The notes beneath the pieces are model-generated. The model worked only from the letters and a program-made list of their open reading frames with translations, was not told the DNA's origin and made no database searches. Made by a program: the position numbers and the translations under genes. From assembly GCA_964016885.1 (NCBI GenBank), contig OZ024740.1:391282001-391346000 (forward strand): 64,000 bases of DNA, read 5' to 3'. This DNA is from Eledone cirrhosa. Its lineage: Eukaryota. Shown here piece by piece: positions 24,187-38,188 of this stretch; position 1 is the first letter of the stretch, and the number at the start of each line of letters is the position of its first letter.

Positions 24187-24849
24187 ATTACAAGTATCTA
24201 TTTAATGAAACTTTGAACGATCATTCAACAGTTAGGGATAGGAGAGAATATAGAGAGATTAATCTAAATACTGTTAGTTGTTTTGTCCAACCTCTATATT
24301 GTTTTTTGCCTCTAATCCGTTTTCCTGGACCTTTACGGTTTCAGCTTTTCCAATCATTATTAATAATTGTTTTAATAATTTCTATAATTACTTGACTTAC
24401 TTGAATACAAGCAGGGAAAGAAAACAAAAAGGAAAACAGAAAGGAAAACAAAAACGAAAAGTGTAATTGATAAAGCCAAAGAAATTTAATATTATCAACG
24501 AAAACGTGTTTAATAAATGCTATAAACGGAAAAAACAAAATCATTTCGAAAGAAAATGTGTAAAGAGAATATTTCAAGTATAAATCGTTTAAAAAATATA
24601 TAGCCTTTCAGAATTGTTGTTTTCTTTGGCTTTTTCTTTTCTTTTACTTCTTCATAAACAGACATGATTCAGATGATTGGTAGAAAATGAAAATTAATGA
24701 TATTGGCTCGAACCGTAATAGATGCCTGGGAAATCGAATGAATCAGTCAAGTGCTAAACTTACTTCCCAATAGAAAGAAATATATGCTCGTAGTTTGGCG
24801 AGAACAAATAAATTCATCTAGAAAATCAATTTAAAGCGAATAAATACCG

Positions 24850-24919
24850 AAAAAGAAAAAGAAAAAGAAAAAGAAAAAGAAAAAGAAAAAGAAAAAGAAA
24901 AAGAAAAAGAAAAAGAAAA
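24850..24919 (+). repeat. (GAAAAA)n microsatellite
   Basis: Direct reading. Confidence 0.95.
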
Positions 24920-26784
24920 TCAATCAATCATCACTATTTGGAAAATTTATAGATTTTAAAAATATTTTCCAAAATCTTTTAAGACAGAAAAATGTTAGAA
25001 AATGAACATAGGGTGTATAAAATAAATAAATAAACTAATAGCAATGATTAATGATTACAAGCTTGCTTACTCAGTTCGAAAATAATTTAATCATTTTGTT
25101 ATTCAATTATCGAAAAGTTGCTCTCAGCTAGAAACTAAATAAACAAACAAAAATACAAGGAAATGTAAGAAAACTAGAAATATATTTTCCATACAAGAAA
25201 AACGAAGCATACTAAAGCAAATTTACATATTTCTTATTTTCTTGACTTTAGAAACGAACTGTAGAACAACTTTTGTTGTGTTATACGTAAATAAATGTTT
25301 AATATACAGACTGGTGTTTTTTCAAAACGTATTTTCAATACGTGGGCGCAGCATGGCTGAATGGTTAAATATTTTACTTTGTAAAAATTAGGTCCTGGGT
25401 TTCACCCTACAGAATGCCATCTTGAGCAAGTGTCATTTACTATAGCTTCGTGAGTGAAAATGTCTTGTAAGTGAAAAAGGTTAGATGGAAACTGTTTGGA
25501 CAACCGTTGGATGACTGTACCTGTAATATATAGAGCCAGTCTTCTCATAGAGTGTAATGCTGAAGCTCTATGAGAAAGTACTACGTTGTAGGTACACGTG
25601 TCAATGAAATACTCAGCCACTTGTAAGTTAATTTCATTATCAGGCTGTTACGTTGATCAAACAACTGAAACACTCATCGTCTAAACTGTAAGAGGTCCAT
25701 TTCATGTTCAATACATTTATATCACTGAGGATTAAGGCATTGAAAAAAAAAAAAAACTGCCTTGCAGTATTTAGCTATGTCCCCTACGATTTAAGATCAA
25801 ATGACACCAAGAAAAATTTGGCGTTTAATCGATAGAATATATATTAGTCAATGCTGCAAATAGTAGTAAAGATGCTTTCAGCAAGCCATAAGCGCAGCGC
25901 AATCTGATATCTATTTTCACGCGCATCCATTTTAGACAGCTCATTGCTCCTGGAAACGATAAGAACAAGCTATCTTCATATCACCTTTCTTATGTTAAAG
26001 TATGATATTTGTTCAAAGAACAATGTATATTTAAACTTGATGCGTAACAGAATTTATATATGATTTTTTAAACTTCAAACCAAGTTAGTACTCTGGTTTG
26101 TAACCATTTGCGAAGCTTAAGTGTAGGAATTTTATAATTACGACGTGCTGCTAATAAGTTGGAAATGACTTCAGCAAATGCTTAAGTCATATATATATAT
26201 GTATGTATATATATATATATATATATGTTGGGTCACTCTTGAGTGCTACTGGTAACATGTAACCCAGTACAACCTATCACATGGTTGGGTCGTCGGTGAC
26301 TAAACCAGCAACCCCATCAAGTTTACTTGGTGAGAAGGGTCATTTTGGACACCCTGCAGGACAAAAAACAAAACCTGACAAAGGGCGGAAGAACTCATAA
26401 GAGTTAACGGCCATCCAAAAGTGTGTAAATATGTATATACGCATGTATATATGTATATATAAATGGGTGCATGTGTATGTATATGCGCGGCGACATAGAA
26501 ATAGTCGGGCTGGACACCCGTTCGCGCGGTTAAACCACTGGGAGTGAAGGAACCCTAGCCTTTGTCAGAGTATTCTTCTAGGAGAAGGCAACTCAGGAAA
26601 CTGGGATAACTCCGATATAAAACCTGCGGCTCACTAGTTACCGATGATGTCGATCTTTTCTTCTTTTCAGGTTATAGCTACTGTCGCTCAGAGAGTGGGA
26701 TTGGCTCAGTGCACAGTCTTTCCTCTCTTTAAACAATATATTCACGCACAGGCATTGCACGATAGAATTAATTAATAATTATTA

Positions 26785-26972
26785 ATAATTGTTTCTACTT
26801 TAGGCACAAGGCCAGCAATTACCCAGTTCATTACTGGTACTTTATTTTATCGACCCCGTAAGGATGAAAAGCAAAGTCAACCTCGGTGGGATTTGAACTC
26901 AGATCGTAAAGGGACGGAACTATGCTGGAAACCATGGCGTCCGACCCTCTACCGATACTGCCAATCCACCGC
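26785..26972 (-). mobile_element. Full-length tRNA-derived SINE
   Basis: rc of the dominant family. Confidence 0.88.
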
Positions 26973-27220
26973 CAATAATTATTAATAATGGTGTATCGTG
27001 CAATGACCATACTCGATAACGAGGGGGCAGCCATCATATATATATATATATATATAGAATTTGGATATAATGCTCTGAAATAGCGATATATATGTGAAGA
27101 CAAACATAGAATATTCGAAAATATTCTGTATGTTTATAATAAACATTTCGAAGACCCAATCGCTATAGAATAGAATACGTCACGTATTACAATTTGAGAT
27201 TCTCGATAAAAGCAAGGGAA

Positions 27221-27263
27221 GTAACCTACGCGTTTCATTCTTATTAGAAATCATCAGGATTAC
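27221..27263 (-). ncRNA. Type I hammerhead ribozyme (unit 1)
   Basis: rc: gtaatc-CTGATGA-tttct aata agaat-GAAA-cgcg-TA-ggttac. Confidence 0.88.
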
Positions 27264-27532
27264 ATATCCAGTGCTTTTATCGAGAATGACACAGCTAGAG
27301 ACTTATAGAATACTTAGCTGTGTACAGGAACTGGTTTGAAAGAGCGGTTGCCGGTCCGGCAGAAATTAGAATTTGGATATAATGCTCTGAAATAGCGATA
27401 TATATGTGAAGACAAACATAGAATATTCGAAAATATTCTGTATGTTTATAATAAACATTTCGAAGACCCAATCGCTATAGAATAGAATACGTCACGTATT
27501 ACAATTTGAGATTCTCGATAAAAGCAAGGGAA

Positions 27533-27575
27533 GTAACCTACGCGTTTCATTCTTATTAGAAATCATCAGGATTAC
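27533..27575 (-). ncRNA. Type I hammerhead ribozyme (unit 2)
   Basis: Identical to unit 1, offset by 312 nt. Confidence 0.88.
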
Positions 27576-28049
27576 ATATCCAGTGCTTTTATCGAGAATG
27601 ACACAGCTAGAGACTTATAGAATACTTAGCTGTGTACAGGAACTGGTTTGAAAGAGCGGTTGCCGGTCCGGCAGAAATTAGAATTTGGATATAATGCTCT
27701 GAAATAGCGATATATATGTGAAGACAAACATAGAATATTCGAAAATATTCTGTATGTTTATAATAAACATTTCGAAGACCCAATACTAAATATATTTTCA
27801 CAGTAAAGGCTCTACTTCACATAATCATTTCACATAATATCAAATCTATGAGATTTTGGTATTATTTATTTTGAGAACAATAACTTAACGTCGGTATGAG
27901 TGGCTAATTACGGGTGGTTTTAACAGAAATAGAGGAAAGAATTCTGGTCGGATACGGCAAGTTTAAATGTTAAAGCCTTATGCTTCTTTTACTAAATTCA
28001 CGAAAATGTCCCCAAAGAACTGAGCAACCCTGTAGCGGGTGGGGAGGTG

Positions 28050-28378
28050 CATGTGTGCATGTTTATACACGTACACACACACGCATGCACACACATACAC
28101 ACATGCATGCACACACATACACACACGCGCACACATACACGTACACACACATACACACACGCATGCACACATACACACACGCATGCACACACATACACAC
28201 ACGCACGCACACACACGTACACGCACATACACACACGCACACACACACACACACATATATACACACACGCATGCACACACATACACACACGCGCACACAC
28301 GTACACACACACATACACACACGCATGCACACATACACACACGCTTGCACACACACATACACACATACACACACACAA
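28050..28378. repeat. Complex (CA)-rich minisatellite
   Basis: Repeats of acacacacgcatgcacacacat. Confidence 0.9.
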
Positions 28379-28691
28379 TATATTTTCCTTTTTCCGTCTG
28401 TTTATTATAGAATACTTAGATTGAGTGATTAAAGACAAAAACGTCTTAAGAGAAGTATAACACAATACGGTTTTTGAATATTTAAGTGGCAAACCTTCCA
28501 TCAACGTTGTTGATTAATGGTCATTAGTTTGGTTCTAAATTTAGAAATACATAAACATAAGTCTCCGTTATTTCGGTTTGATAAGAATAAAGATTAAAGA
28601 TGAAAATCATTAGTTGGTGAAATTGTCCGGAATGACCGCATTTATGTTGGTAAAGATTCCACTTGTATCTGGAAGTCAATTTTGAGATTGC

Positions 28692-28733
<42 letters not shown>

Positions 28734-29135
28734 TCTCTTTCTCTCTCTCGCCTCCGCCTCTCCTTTTATGAATATATATATATATATTTAATACAATAAC
28801 AGAGATAGCTTAAAGCTAAACTCTGACTGGTAACCATCACACTCAACAAACATTAGGTTATATGTTAGTATAAACCCAATTTAAGTGTTTGGGGTGCTAA
28901 CTATATGTATTATGTGGAAAGCCAGTTGTATTATTTTATGAGATATAATTAAAGTTAAAATATATCTCTCTTTCCAAACAATTGTTTCATTATAAGTTTT
29001 CTACAAATTAGGAGAATGTTTCCAGTTTATGTAGAAGCCTAACATATATTCATGTAAGAATATATTTAGGTGGGCGCTTATAAATCATCAGTGGAAGCCC
29101 ATTAAACTTTATATATATATTCATAAAAGGAGAGG

Positions 29136-29276
<141 letters not shown>

Positions 29277-29281
29277 GTATG

Positions 29282-29333
<52 letters not shown>

Positions 29334-29634
29334 AACATATATTTACGGCAAGTATAAGGACTGTGTGTATATGTGTGCTGCTTGCCATCAAACGCGTATA
29401 TACACACATACTCGCACATATATGTGCGTATGAATGTGTGTATATGTGTGCATATGTGGATATATATGTATATATGTGTGCTTATGTGGATATATATGTA
29501 TATATGTATATGTACATACAAGTGTATGCTCATGTGTGTCTATATGTATATATGTCACTGTGTGTCTGTGTTTATGTCTGTGCCTGCGCATATATATATA
29601 TGTATATATATATATGCGCGTACACACACACATA

Positions 29635-29676
<42 letters not shown>

Positions 29677-29758
29677 AATAATGGAGCTGCGGCGTTGCAA
29701 ATGGGATACATATGAAATGCCGAGGACGGTTGGAGGGTCACTGATGAAGGACTCACTT

Positions 29759-29834
<76 letters not shown>

Positions 29835-30019
29835 GCGCATGCACATGTGTAAGCCTGTACATATATATAAACATATGTATGAGTGTGTGTGTGTGCATGA
29901 ATGTGTATATATATTGTTTATATATATATATGTGTGCGTGTGCGTGTGCGTGTGCGTGTGTGCGTGTGTATGTGTTTATACGTGTTTGTATGTGTATGTA
30001 TGTGCAGAACTTCTTCACT

Positions 30020-30575
30020 GGTGGTAGTACTACTGGGTTTATGTCGAACATCAGCTGTCACGTGTACGACAGATCCGACTATCAACTGAATCCATTCTAA
30101 AGATCGCCCCGCTGTCTTCCTTTAGAGGGGAAGGACAGGCAGTTTTTATCTTCCTGGTGGCCGTGGAGAAAGAGATCGTGTGGCGGATGCGCTTGAAAGG
30201 TTTGAAGACAAGTACTTTTCTCTTCGATGAAGTCTTGATTGAATTTTTAAGGTTTCACTTGAAGAGGAAAATCTGCGTGGAGGGGGGGAGTACTGCCTTC
30301 CAACGAGTTTGTTGAAAGGTAGGTGAGAGTGGCGAGCATGGTCCGTGTGAATGGGCCTTGAGCATACGCCTCTAGATTGGAGAACAACTGGGAGAGGGTA
30401 CTTTACCCTAGCAGACAGAGTAACCGCAGCTTTTTGTGGGCTTTCTCCGCGAATGGTCTTCAGAGTCTCCCCATTCTCGGGGAATTTCTTTTGTTTGTTT
30501 TTTAAATGTTTATTTTCTTGTCTCTGTTATAAATTTTATTTTTCACACACATACACACACACAAAATAAAAATAA
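30020..30575 (+). mobile_element. Probable L1/Tx1-like LINE 3' fragment
   Basis: Frame AVFIFLVAVEKEIVWRMRLKGLKTSTFL..FHLKRKI followed by an A-rich end. Confidence 0.45.
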
Positions 30576-30629
30576 CACACACACACACAGAGTACCGTCT
30601 TGTGCCATCTTTAATGTGTTCTTAATGTG

Positions 30630-31560
30630 AGCCCTGTGTGGCTAAAAAAGAAGTCATTTTTATTATTGTTTTTTTTTTTACCCATGGAATGATATATCAC
30701 AAACAATATGGCCTCCACACAGCTGAAGAACTGAGAGTGGCTACATGATACCCCAAAAGGGAGAAACCAGGTTGTTGCAGCCAATGGTGCCCTCACGGTG
30801 GAAACAATTTGAGTCACTCAGGCAACTGCGGGACCACTGTTGTGTATAGTGACTCTGAAAGACATGTCTTAGTCTGCACGAATAACTAATCCCACTAACT
30901 TTGCTAACAATATGGAAGTAGCTCAGGCAATAAGAATCCTACTGATGCTACTCTCTTACATTTAGATTTTGATACCACATATAAATGGGCCGAAGAGATA
31001 AATATGCCGGTTAATGCCAGAAAATGTCAAGCCCTCCGCTATCAGATTGTTATGAACAATGATGCGTCATTTCCTTCCCATGTCACCAAGATGGTGACAA
31101 TGTGCAGACGAGTGGCCTGATGGATACTGAGTTCAGTGAGTATAAGAGACGGAGAAATCCTGTTGATCCTGTGGAGGAGATTTGTCCTTATCCACCAAGT
31201 CTATTGATCATTCTATGGTCACTTCACAGTGTCAAATTAACTGCGAAACTTGAAGCAATCCAATGATGCTACACCATAAAGATTGCCTCATTAAAAGAGA
31301 TGAGTAACTGGGAACGACTGAAAGAGTTAAGTCTCTACCTTCTTGAGTGAAAACTGGAAAGATACGCAATAATATATAAATGGAAGAACCTCGAAGATCT
31401 AGCACCAAACTCTGGTATTGAAAACATGACTGCACTGCGTAGAGCCAAAGGTACCACCTTCCATATTTAGAGTAAGGACCAGAAAATGCAATAGCTTGAG
31501 GTTTAAACTGCTCACAGCTTTTTGATATGCTGCCAAGAAACATAAGATATTTATTCGCGT
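30630..31560 (+). mobile_element. Highly decayed CR1/L2-like RT fragment
   Basis: Degenerate GTTVV, FANN (FADD-like), LDFD..YKWAEEINMPVNARKCQALRY. Confidence 0.6.
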
Positions 31561-32380
31561 CTTTTTCGAATGTTAAACAACCACTTACGAATGTTACATT
31601 TTAAAAATGTGTAGTAAAAAAAAACTGTCTATGTAGTTATATGTATATGTGTTTATGTAACTTTGATGAATGATAGATTTGACGGTTTATATAAGCAACA
31701 TAACGACTGTGCATTAACACTATCTTTCGGTAATTTAACGGGGAAAAAGTCGTATTCTCCATCTGTTTACGACACGGTTATAGAATAAGTGTGATACATT
31801 TCAGAAATGTGATTGATAAGGAGAATAATTCTTCAGAATATATAGATTACTTTCCACATATGTTCTTGTTGATTTACGATATACTTTCGATTTTCTCCAA
31901 TATATATTAATTAACCAGTAGAACACTCCATATTTCCTAGATCATCACAGCATTTATATAATGGAAAAGTTATCTAAGAACTTACCTTATTCACAGTTTC
32001 AGTGTTATCTATCAGAGACTTTATTTACATACGTTCTGTTGCTTCCCATTCTCCAAACCAAACTCTGCATTTGATTAACTTTATTCATCATCCGTCGTTT
32101 GTTATCTCTTTCACAATCTCTGGAGATTTAAACTTTTATTGAAGATATTTACAGCGCAATAATCAACATACCAATCACTACTTCATAAAGCAAACAAGAT
32201 TTACTATTCAAACTGTATTTACAAAAAATGTTTTCGTTTCGTAAACTATAAAAGCAATGCGAATGCATACATTGCAAAAAGTCGTATATATAAATACGGC
32301 ATTCAAGCCTAATACATTCAAGCCTAATATAGCATACACATGTTAACAAATTTATCTAAATGTATATTTATGTGCATACA

Positions 32381-32428
<48 letters not shown>

Positions 32429-32488
32429 GGAAAAATTTGAACAGGAACAAAACAGAGAGGCAGTACAACGAATGTTATATATATATAT

Positions 32489-32885
32489 AGGGAGTGTAAC
32501 TTGGAGATACTGTTGGTTTACCCGGGTGAGCACTCGATGTTTAGGTTCACTTCAGTGTCGAGGTGTAGAGCTAGACAGAGTGTATTATAGTGAAATAAAA
32601 TAACAAGGACGATTGGTTACTCCTTCATTATGTTTATTGGTGACGCGCGTTTCGCCACTGATCAGCTCAAAGTTCGATCTGTAACAAACTTCACTGACCA
32701 CCATAGGAACATCTGACATTATCATACGGTATGTATATTCATTTTTACACTACCATTACAAGGGGTATGACGAGCCGCGGATTACAGAGTCGGGTCAGAT
32801 CGATACAGATCGAGTGGCGAAACGCGCCTCACCAATAAACGTAATGAAGGAGTAACCAAACGTCCTTGTTATTTTATTTCACTAT
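32489..32885. mobile_element. Fold-back element with degenerate HHRs
   Basis: Arms ~32586-32660 / 32813-32885; ggt-aTGACGA-gccgc..gtggc-GAAA-cgcgcc-TC-acc at 32764-32834. Confidence 0.7.
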
Positions 32886-33301
32886 ATATATATATATATA
32901 TATATACCGTCCCACCCTTGCAAGCAGGGATAAGCGGACGTAAAATGATGATGATGATGATGATGATGATATATATATATATGTATATATATATATGAGT
33001 CCCGGGTTCAATCGGGGTTAACCACAGTTAGTAAGATACTCAATACATTAGTAGAGTGTAAAAATCCTATATATCCATATTAAAAATTTGCTACTCATAA
33101 GATAATGATTATACAGAGACTTACGAATATGTGACTCCCGTAAATACAGAGAAAATGGTGGTTTTATGAGTGTGAAATGGAATTAAGTGAAAAATACGCT
33201 CAATACCTTCAGCGTTTACATGAGTCGCTACAAAGACGTGTTTCAACTCCGTGTTTCAGGCAGCTAGAATTTAAAAAATCTTTGTTATATACCTATTGAT
33301 T

Positions 33302-33395
<94 letters not shown>

Positions 33396-33687
33396 GCACA
33401 CGCGCGCACGCGCGCATACGCACACACACACACACATGCGCACACACACACATATATTTATATATAATTATATTAATTCGAGTATGTGTTGGTTAATCAC
33501 GGATGATGAATAAAGTTAATGAAATGCAGAGTTTGGTTTGGGGAATGGGAAGCAACAGAACGTATGTAAATAAAGTCTCTGGTAGATAACGCTGAAACTG
33601 TGAATAAGGTAAGTTCTTAGATATTACTTTTCCATTATATAAATGCTGTGATGATCAGGGAAATATGGAGTGTTCTACTGGTTAATC

Positions 33688-34087
33688 ATTTCAGTATGCA
33701 GGGTAGAGCACTCGACGAAGGGCGCACGTGGGTCTGTTTACTCCGGAGTATATTCATAAACATTAACTATATGTCAACAGGTTAAAATTAACTTCGTTTA
33801 TTCATAGTCGCTGTTATATATACTTCGGTGATAACCGTTATTCAACAGCTATGACCTCATCAGACAGCTAGAATTTGAACAGAATAAACAAAAAACAAAA
33901 AAAAAAACAAAACAAAAAAAACTATAAAGATGAAATAAAACTTTATTTCATCTTTTTGTTTTTTTTTGTTTTTATCCTGTTCAAATTCTAGCTGTCTGAT
34001 GAGGTCATAGCTGTTGCATAACGGTTATCACCGAAATATATATAACAGCGACTATGAATAAACGGAGTTAATTTTAACCTGTTGACT
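33688..34087. mobile_element. Fold-back element with HHRs 33810-33868(-, GAAA>GAAG) and 33991-34049(+)
   Basis: gctgt-CTGATGA-ggtcatagctgtt gcat aacggttatcacc-GAAA-tatata-TA-acagc. Confidence 0.87.
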
Positions 34088-34098
34088 TATACTTCATG

Positions 34099-34243
<145 letters not shown>

Positions 34244-34260
34244 GCACACACACACACACA

Positions 34261-34301
<41 letters not shown>

Positions 34302-34308
34302 GCACGCA

Positions 34309-34361
<53 letters not shown>

Positions 34362-34731
34362 TCCGAATGAGAGAGAAAGAATGAGTGGAACAATCCCAGT
34401 ATGTGAATTCTACTTCAACTTATACAATTGACCTCGAACGTAAAGGTGACCACGGCAGGATTTGAAAAATGGCGGAACGAATATCGCAAAGCCTTCTATC
34501 CGACGTTCTAACGCCGCTTGCATATCCATCAATTTATATACGAACGTATACGTCCCTATGAATTTAGTGTCATATATGAGTATAAATAAAATGTATTTAA
34601 ACATATACAGGCACACTGACGTTGTATTCATATAAAATATACTCGAATACATGGGCATATATAAATTTACACAACTTTATGATCTTGATTTTATATATTC
34701 TAATAAAACCAATAAAACACAAACACACACA

Positions 34732-34777
<46 letters not shown>

Positions 34778-35548
34778 CACGCATATATATATATATATTT
34801 TATATACATCGTAATATAGGATATTAAAATGATTGTTTGACATTCTCGTTATGTTAGACGTGAAAACCGACGACAGCAACCGGATATTAGTGATTCGTCC
34901 GAGAGATTATTGACCTTGCGGGTGGATAGCTTCTTGGTTATATATTACTAAACTTCATTGATGTATTCATTTATTCGTTCATATAAACGTTGTTGGTTCG
35001 ATCGAAGTTTAAGTGTAATCATGCATAAGGTTTACGTTGTTTGAACAATGACGTGACGGGACATTGGTTATCTATACCTAAATACAACATTGGCATATGT
35101 CTACAGAGATTGATATCAAGCAGATTTATCAAGTAGATTTAAGCTAGTTGTATAGTCAGAAAGTGATAAAAAGTATATAAAAAATAGCAGGAATGAAAAA
35201 AAAAATATAACCACCTCATCACCCTCACCACCACCACCACCACCACCACCACCACGACGACATCCCCCCAAAAGAATGAAGTAAATAAAGTGAGGTATAA
35301 TGTATTGAAGATTATGATAATAATTCCACATGAGAAAACAACGGCTGAAGAAAGAATTGATTTTATCAATAGTGTTACCGTAATACATTTTCAAAGCGAT
35401 AGACTGAGAGGAGAAATGTCAGAGAAATAATAGAAAAGGGGGAACAGAAAAAGACGGGGAACAAAGAGAGATTTTCACAAATATACTCAGAAAAATACTA
35501 GAATATCATATATACGCAGATTCTACAATTTACATATGAATGTGTGTG

Positions 35549-35614
<66 letters not shown>

Positions 35615-35641
35615 CTTCCTAATAATCGTCTCTTTCTCCGT

Positions 35642-35698
<57 letters not shown>

Positions 35699-35804
35699 TA
35701 TATGCATATACATATATATATATATAATATATATATATGTATATGCATATATATATATACATATATATATGTATATTATATATATAATATATAATTTATT
35801 TCAC

Positions 35805-35876
<72 letters not shown>

Positions 35877-36341
35877 CTTTGTCTGTGTCTGTGTTTATAA
35901 ATATATATATAATTTCAATAATTTAGAAATGCTTGGATTACTAATGCGTGGCAGTTTATGGAATCTTCGCTTTTATATTCTATGTTGACTATTGAATGGT
36001 GGAAAGTATTTACAAACGTTGTATTATTAGCGTTAATGTTTATTGTTAATGTTCAACCATTTGCATTAAGCCACTTCCGACGCAGTTTCCTCAATACGTG
36101 AGCTAAAAGCAACCGCCATATTGATATTTTAATAAAATTATTTTTTTTCACATTATTTATAAAATTTTATGACATGTTATTCCATATACATGAATGTTAA
36201 ATTTATTCAGAGAAGAGGGTATTTATGAAACTGAATAGCCAGAAGTTGTGAAGTTTTTTGTTAATATATTTATATCGTAATAGGTGCTGTGCTATTTATT
36301 CCTCATTTAATATCGGTGTATTATTATTAACAGTAGTAGTG

Positions 36342-37003
36342 AGGGCGGTGGATTGGCAGTATCGGTAAAGGATCGGGCGCTCTGCTTTGCAGCATAGAGT
36401 TACGGCCCTTTATGATCTGAGTTCAAATCGCACCGAGGTTAACTTTGCCTTTCATCCTTACGGGGTTGATAAAATAAAGTACCAGTAATGCACTGCGGTT
36501 GATTTAATCAAGTCTTCCCTCTCCCCAAATTGCAGGCCTTGTGCATTAGGCGGTGGATTGTCAGTATCCATTAAGGGCGGTGGATTGTCAGTATCAGTAG
36601 AGGGTCGGACGCCATGCTTTCCAGCATAGTTACGTCTCTTTACGATCTGAGTTCAAATCCTGCCGAGGTTGACTTTGCCTTTCATCCTTACGGGGTCGAT
36701 AAAATAAAGTACCAGTAATGCGCTGGGTAATTGCTGGCCTTGTGCCTAAAGTAGAAACAATTATTATTATTAGCAGTAGTAGTGAGGGCGGTGGATTGGA
36801 AGTATCGGTAGAGCGTCGGACACCATGCTTGTTGAATTGAGTTAGGGCCCTTTACGCTCTGAGTTCAAATCCCGCCGAGGTTAGCTTTGCTTTTCATCCT
36901 TACGGGGTCGATAAAATAAAGCACTAGTAATGCACTGGGTCGATTTAATCGACTTTTCCCTCCCCCACATTGCTGGCCTTGTGCTTATATTAGAAACAAT
37001 TAT
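36342..37003 (+). mobile_element. Cluster of three head-to-tail tRNA-derived SINEs
   Basis: Starts agggcggtggattg at ~36342, 36574, 36785; extra head fragment at 36548. Confidence 0.9.
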
Positions 37004-37515
37004 TACTAGTAGTAATAGTAGTAGAAGTCGCAGAAGCAGCAGCAGTAGTAGTTGTTGCTGTTGTTGCTTAGCCCATGCCAGCTCTGATCAACTAGATCTA
37101 TGATCAATATATTCTAATGATGTCTATCCCACCTTTCGTTTTCTGGCATTGCGTATCGAGGACTGTATTATATAACTTGTTCACCCTTTTTCATATGATA
37201 GGGTGTCTTTGAGAGAAAATTGGGTGCTATTTCCAATATTGGTCCGATCGTGTAGACACTATTAAGTTAAAGACACGCCAGAATTCATACCTATATAATC
37301 TTTTCTAAACATTATAGAGTTTCTAGGAATATGTAATACACAGGAAAAATCGAACCACACAATGATTGCTTTTGAGATATTACTATAAGAAAAACTATAT
37401 CAGGTAAAATGTTTAAAATTTAGGGAGAAAATTATATGTATATCTATAAATCTCTCTCTATGTTTGTATACACACACACACACGCGCGCGCACGCCCCCC
37501 ATCCCACGCGCACAC

Positions 37516-37602
<87 letters not shown>

Positions 37603-37925
37603 GACGTAGTGTAATACAATTTAATTTATATTAGAGGTGAAAAGATTTTCGCAGAGCAAGTGAGTGAACAAATAATGAAGAAATATGAAATCTAAGGAAA
37701 ACGTATATAACATATTCAGAAAATCTTATAATTATTTTTTAAGTTGATGTATTTGTGATTGAAGATTTGATTGGCCTATAACAACCAGTAGAGTAATTAT
37801 AAAACAGAAATAAAACAAGGAATGTGTTCTTAGAACATATATAAGGTGCGGTTACCAGGATTCAGTATTTGATGACATAGTTAGAAAACAGCTCAGATAA
37901 CCTGAATACACAAACACACACACAA

Positions 37926-38037
<112 letters not shown>

Positions 38038-38188
38038 ACACACGCATATATAAAGTAGTTTAGATGAGTTGATAACACAACTTTATGTTGTTTAATAGAT
38101 TCTGAAGAAATCAACACAGCAGAAAAATGAAACGTTTATCAATCAATTAAATAATTTAATGTAATTTAATCCTGGTTAATTATATTCA

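Larger units (their letters stand above)
27056..27784 (-). mobile_element. Tandem 312-nt HHR-containing unit (~2.3 copies), retrozyme-like
   Basis: agaatttggatataatg at 27056, 27368, 27680; copies appear identical; one HHR per full unit; no meaningful ORF. Confidence 0.9.

Noticed and set aside
26225-26770. GC-richer segments resembling an RTE 5' UTR / HDV-like ribozyme
   Set aside because: Could not build the nested double pseudoknot by eye; needs a motif search
27056-27784. Tandem repeat as CRISPR array or plain satellite
   Set aside because: No repeat-spacer alternation, eukaryotic context; 312-nt unit better explained by the HHR
36342-36440. A-box/B-box sequences as tRNA genes
   Set aside because: No complete cloverleaf; always followed by the same SINE body and tail
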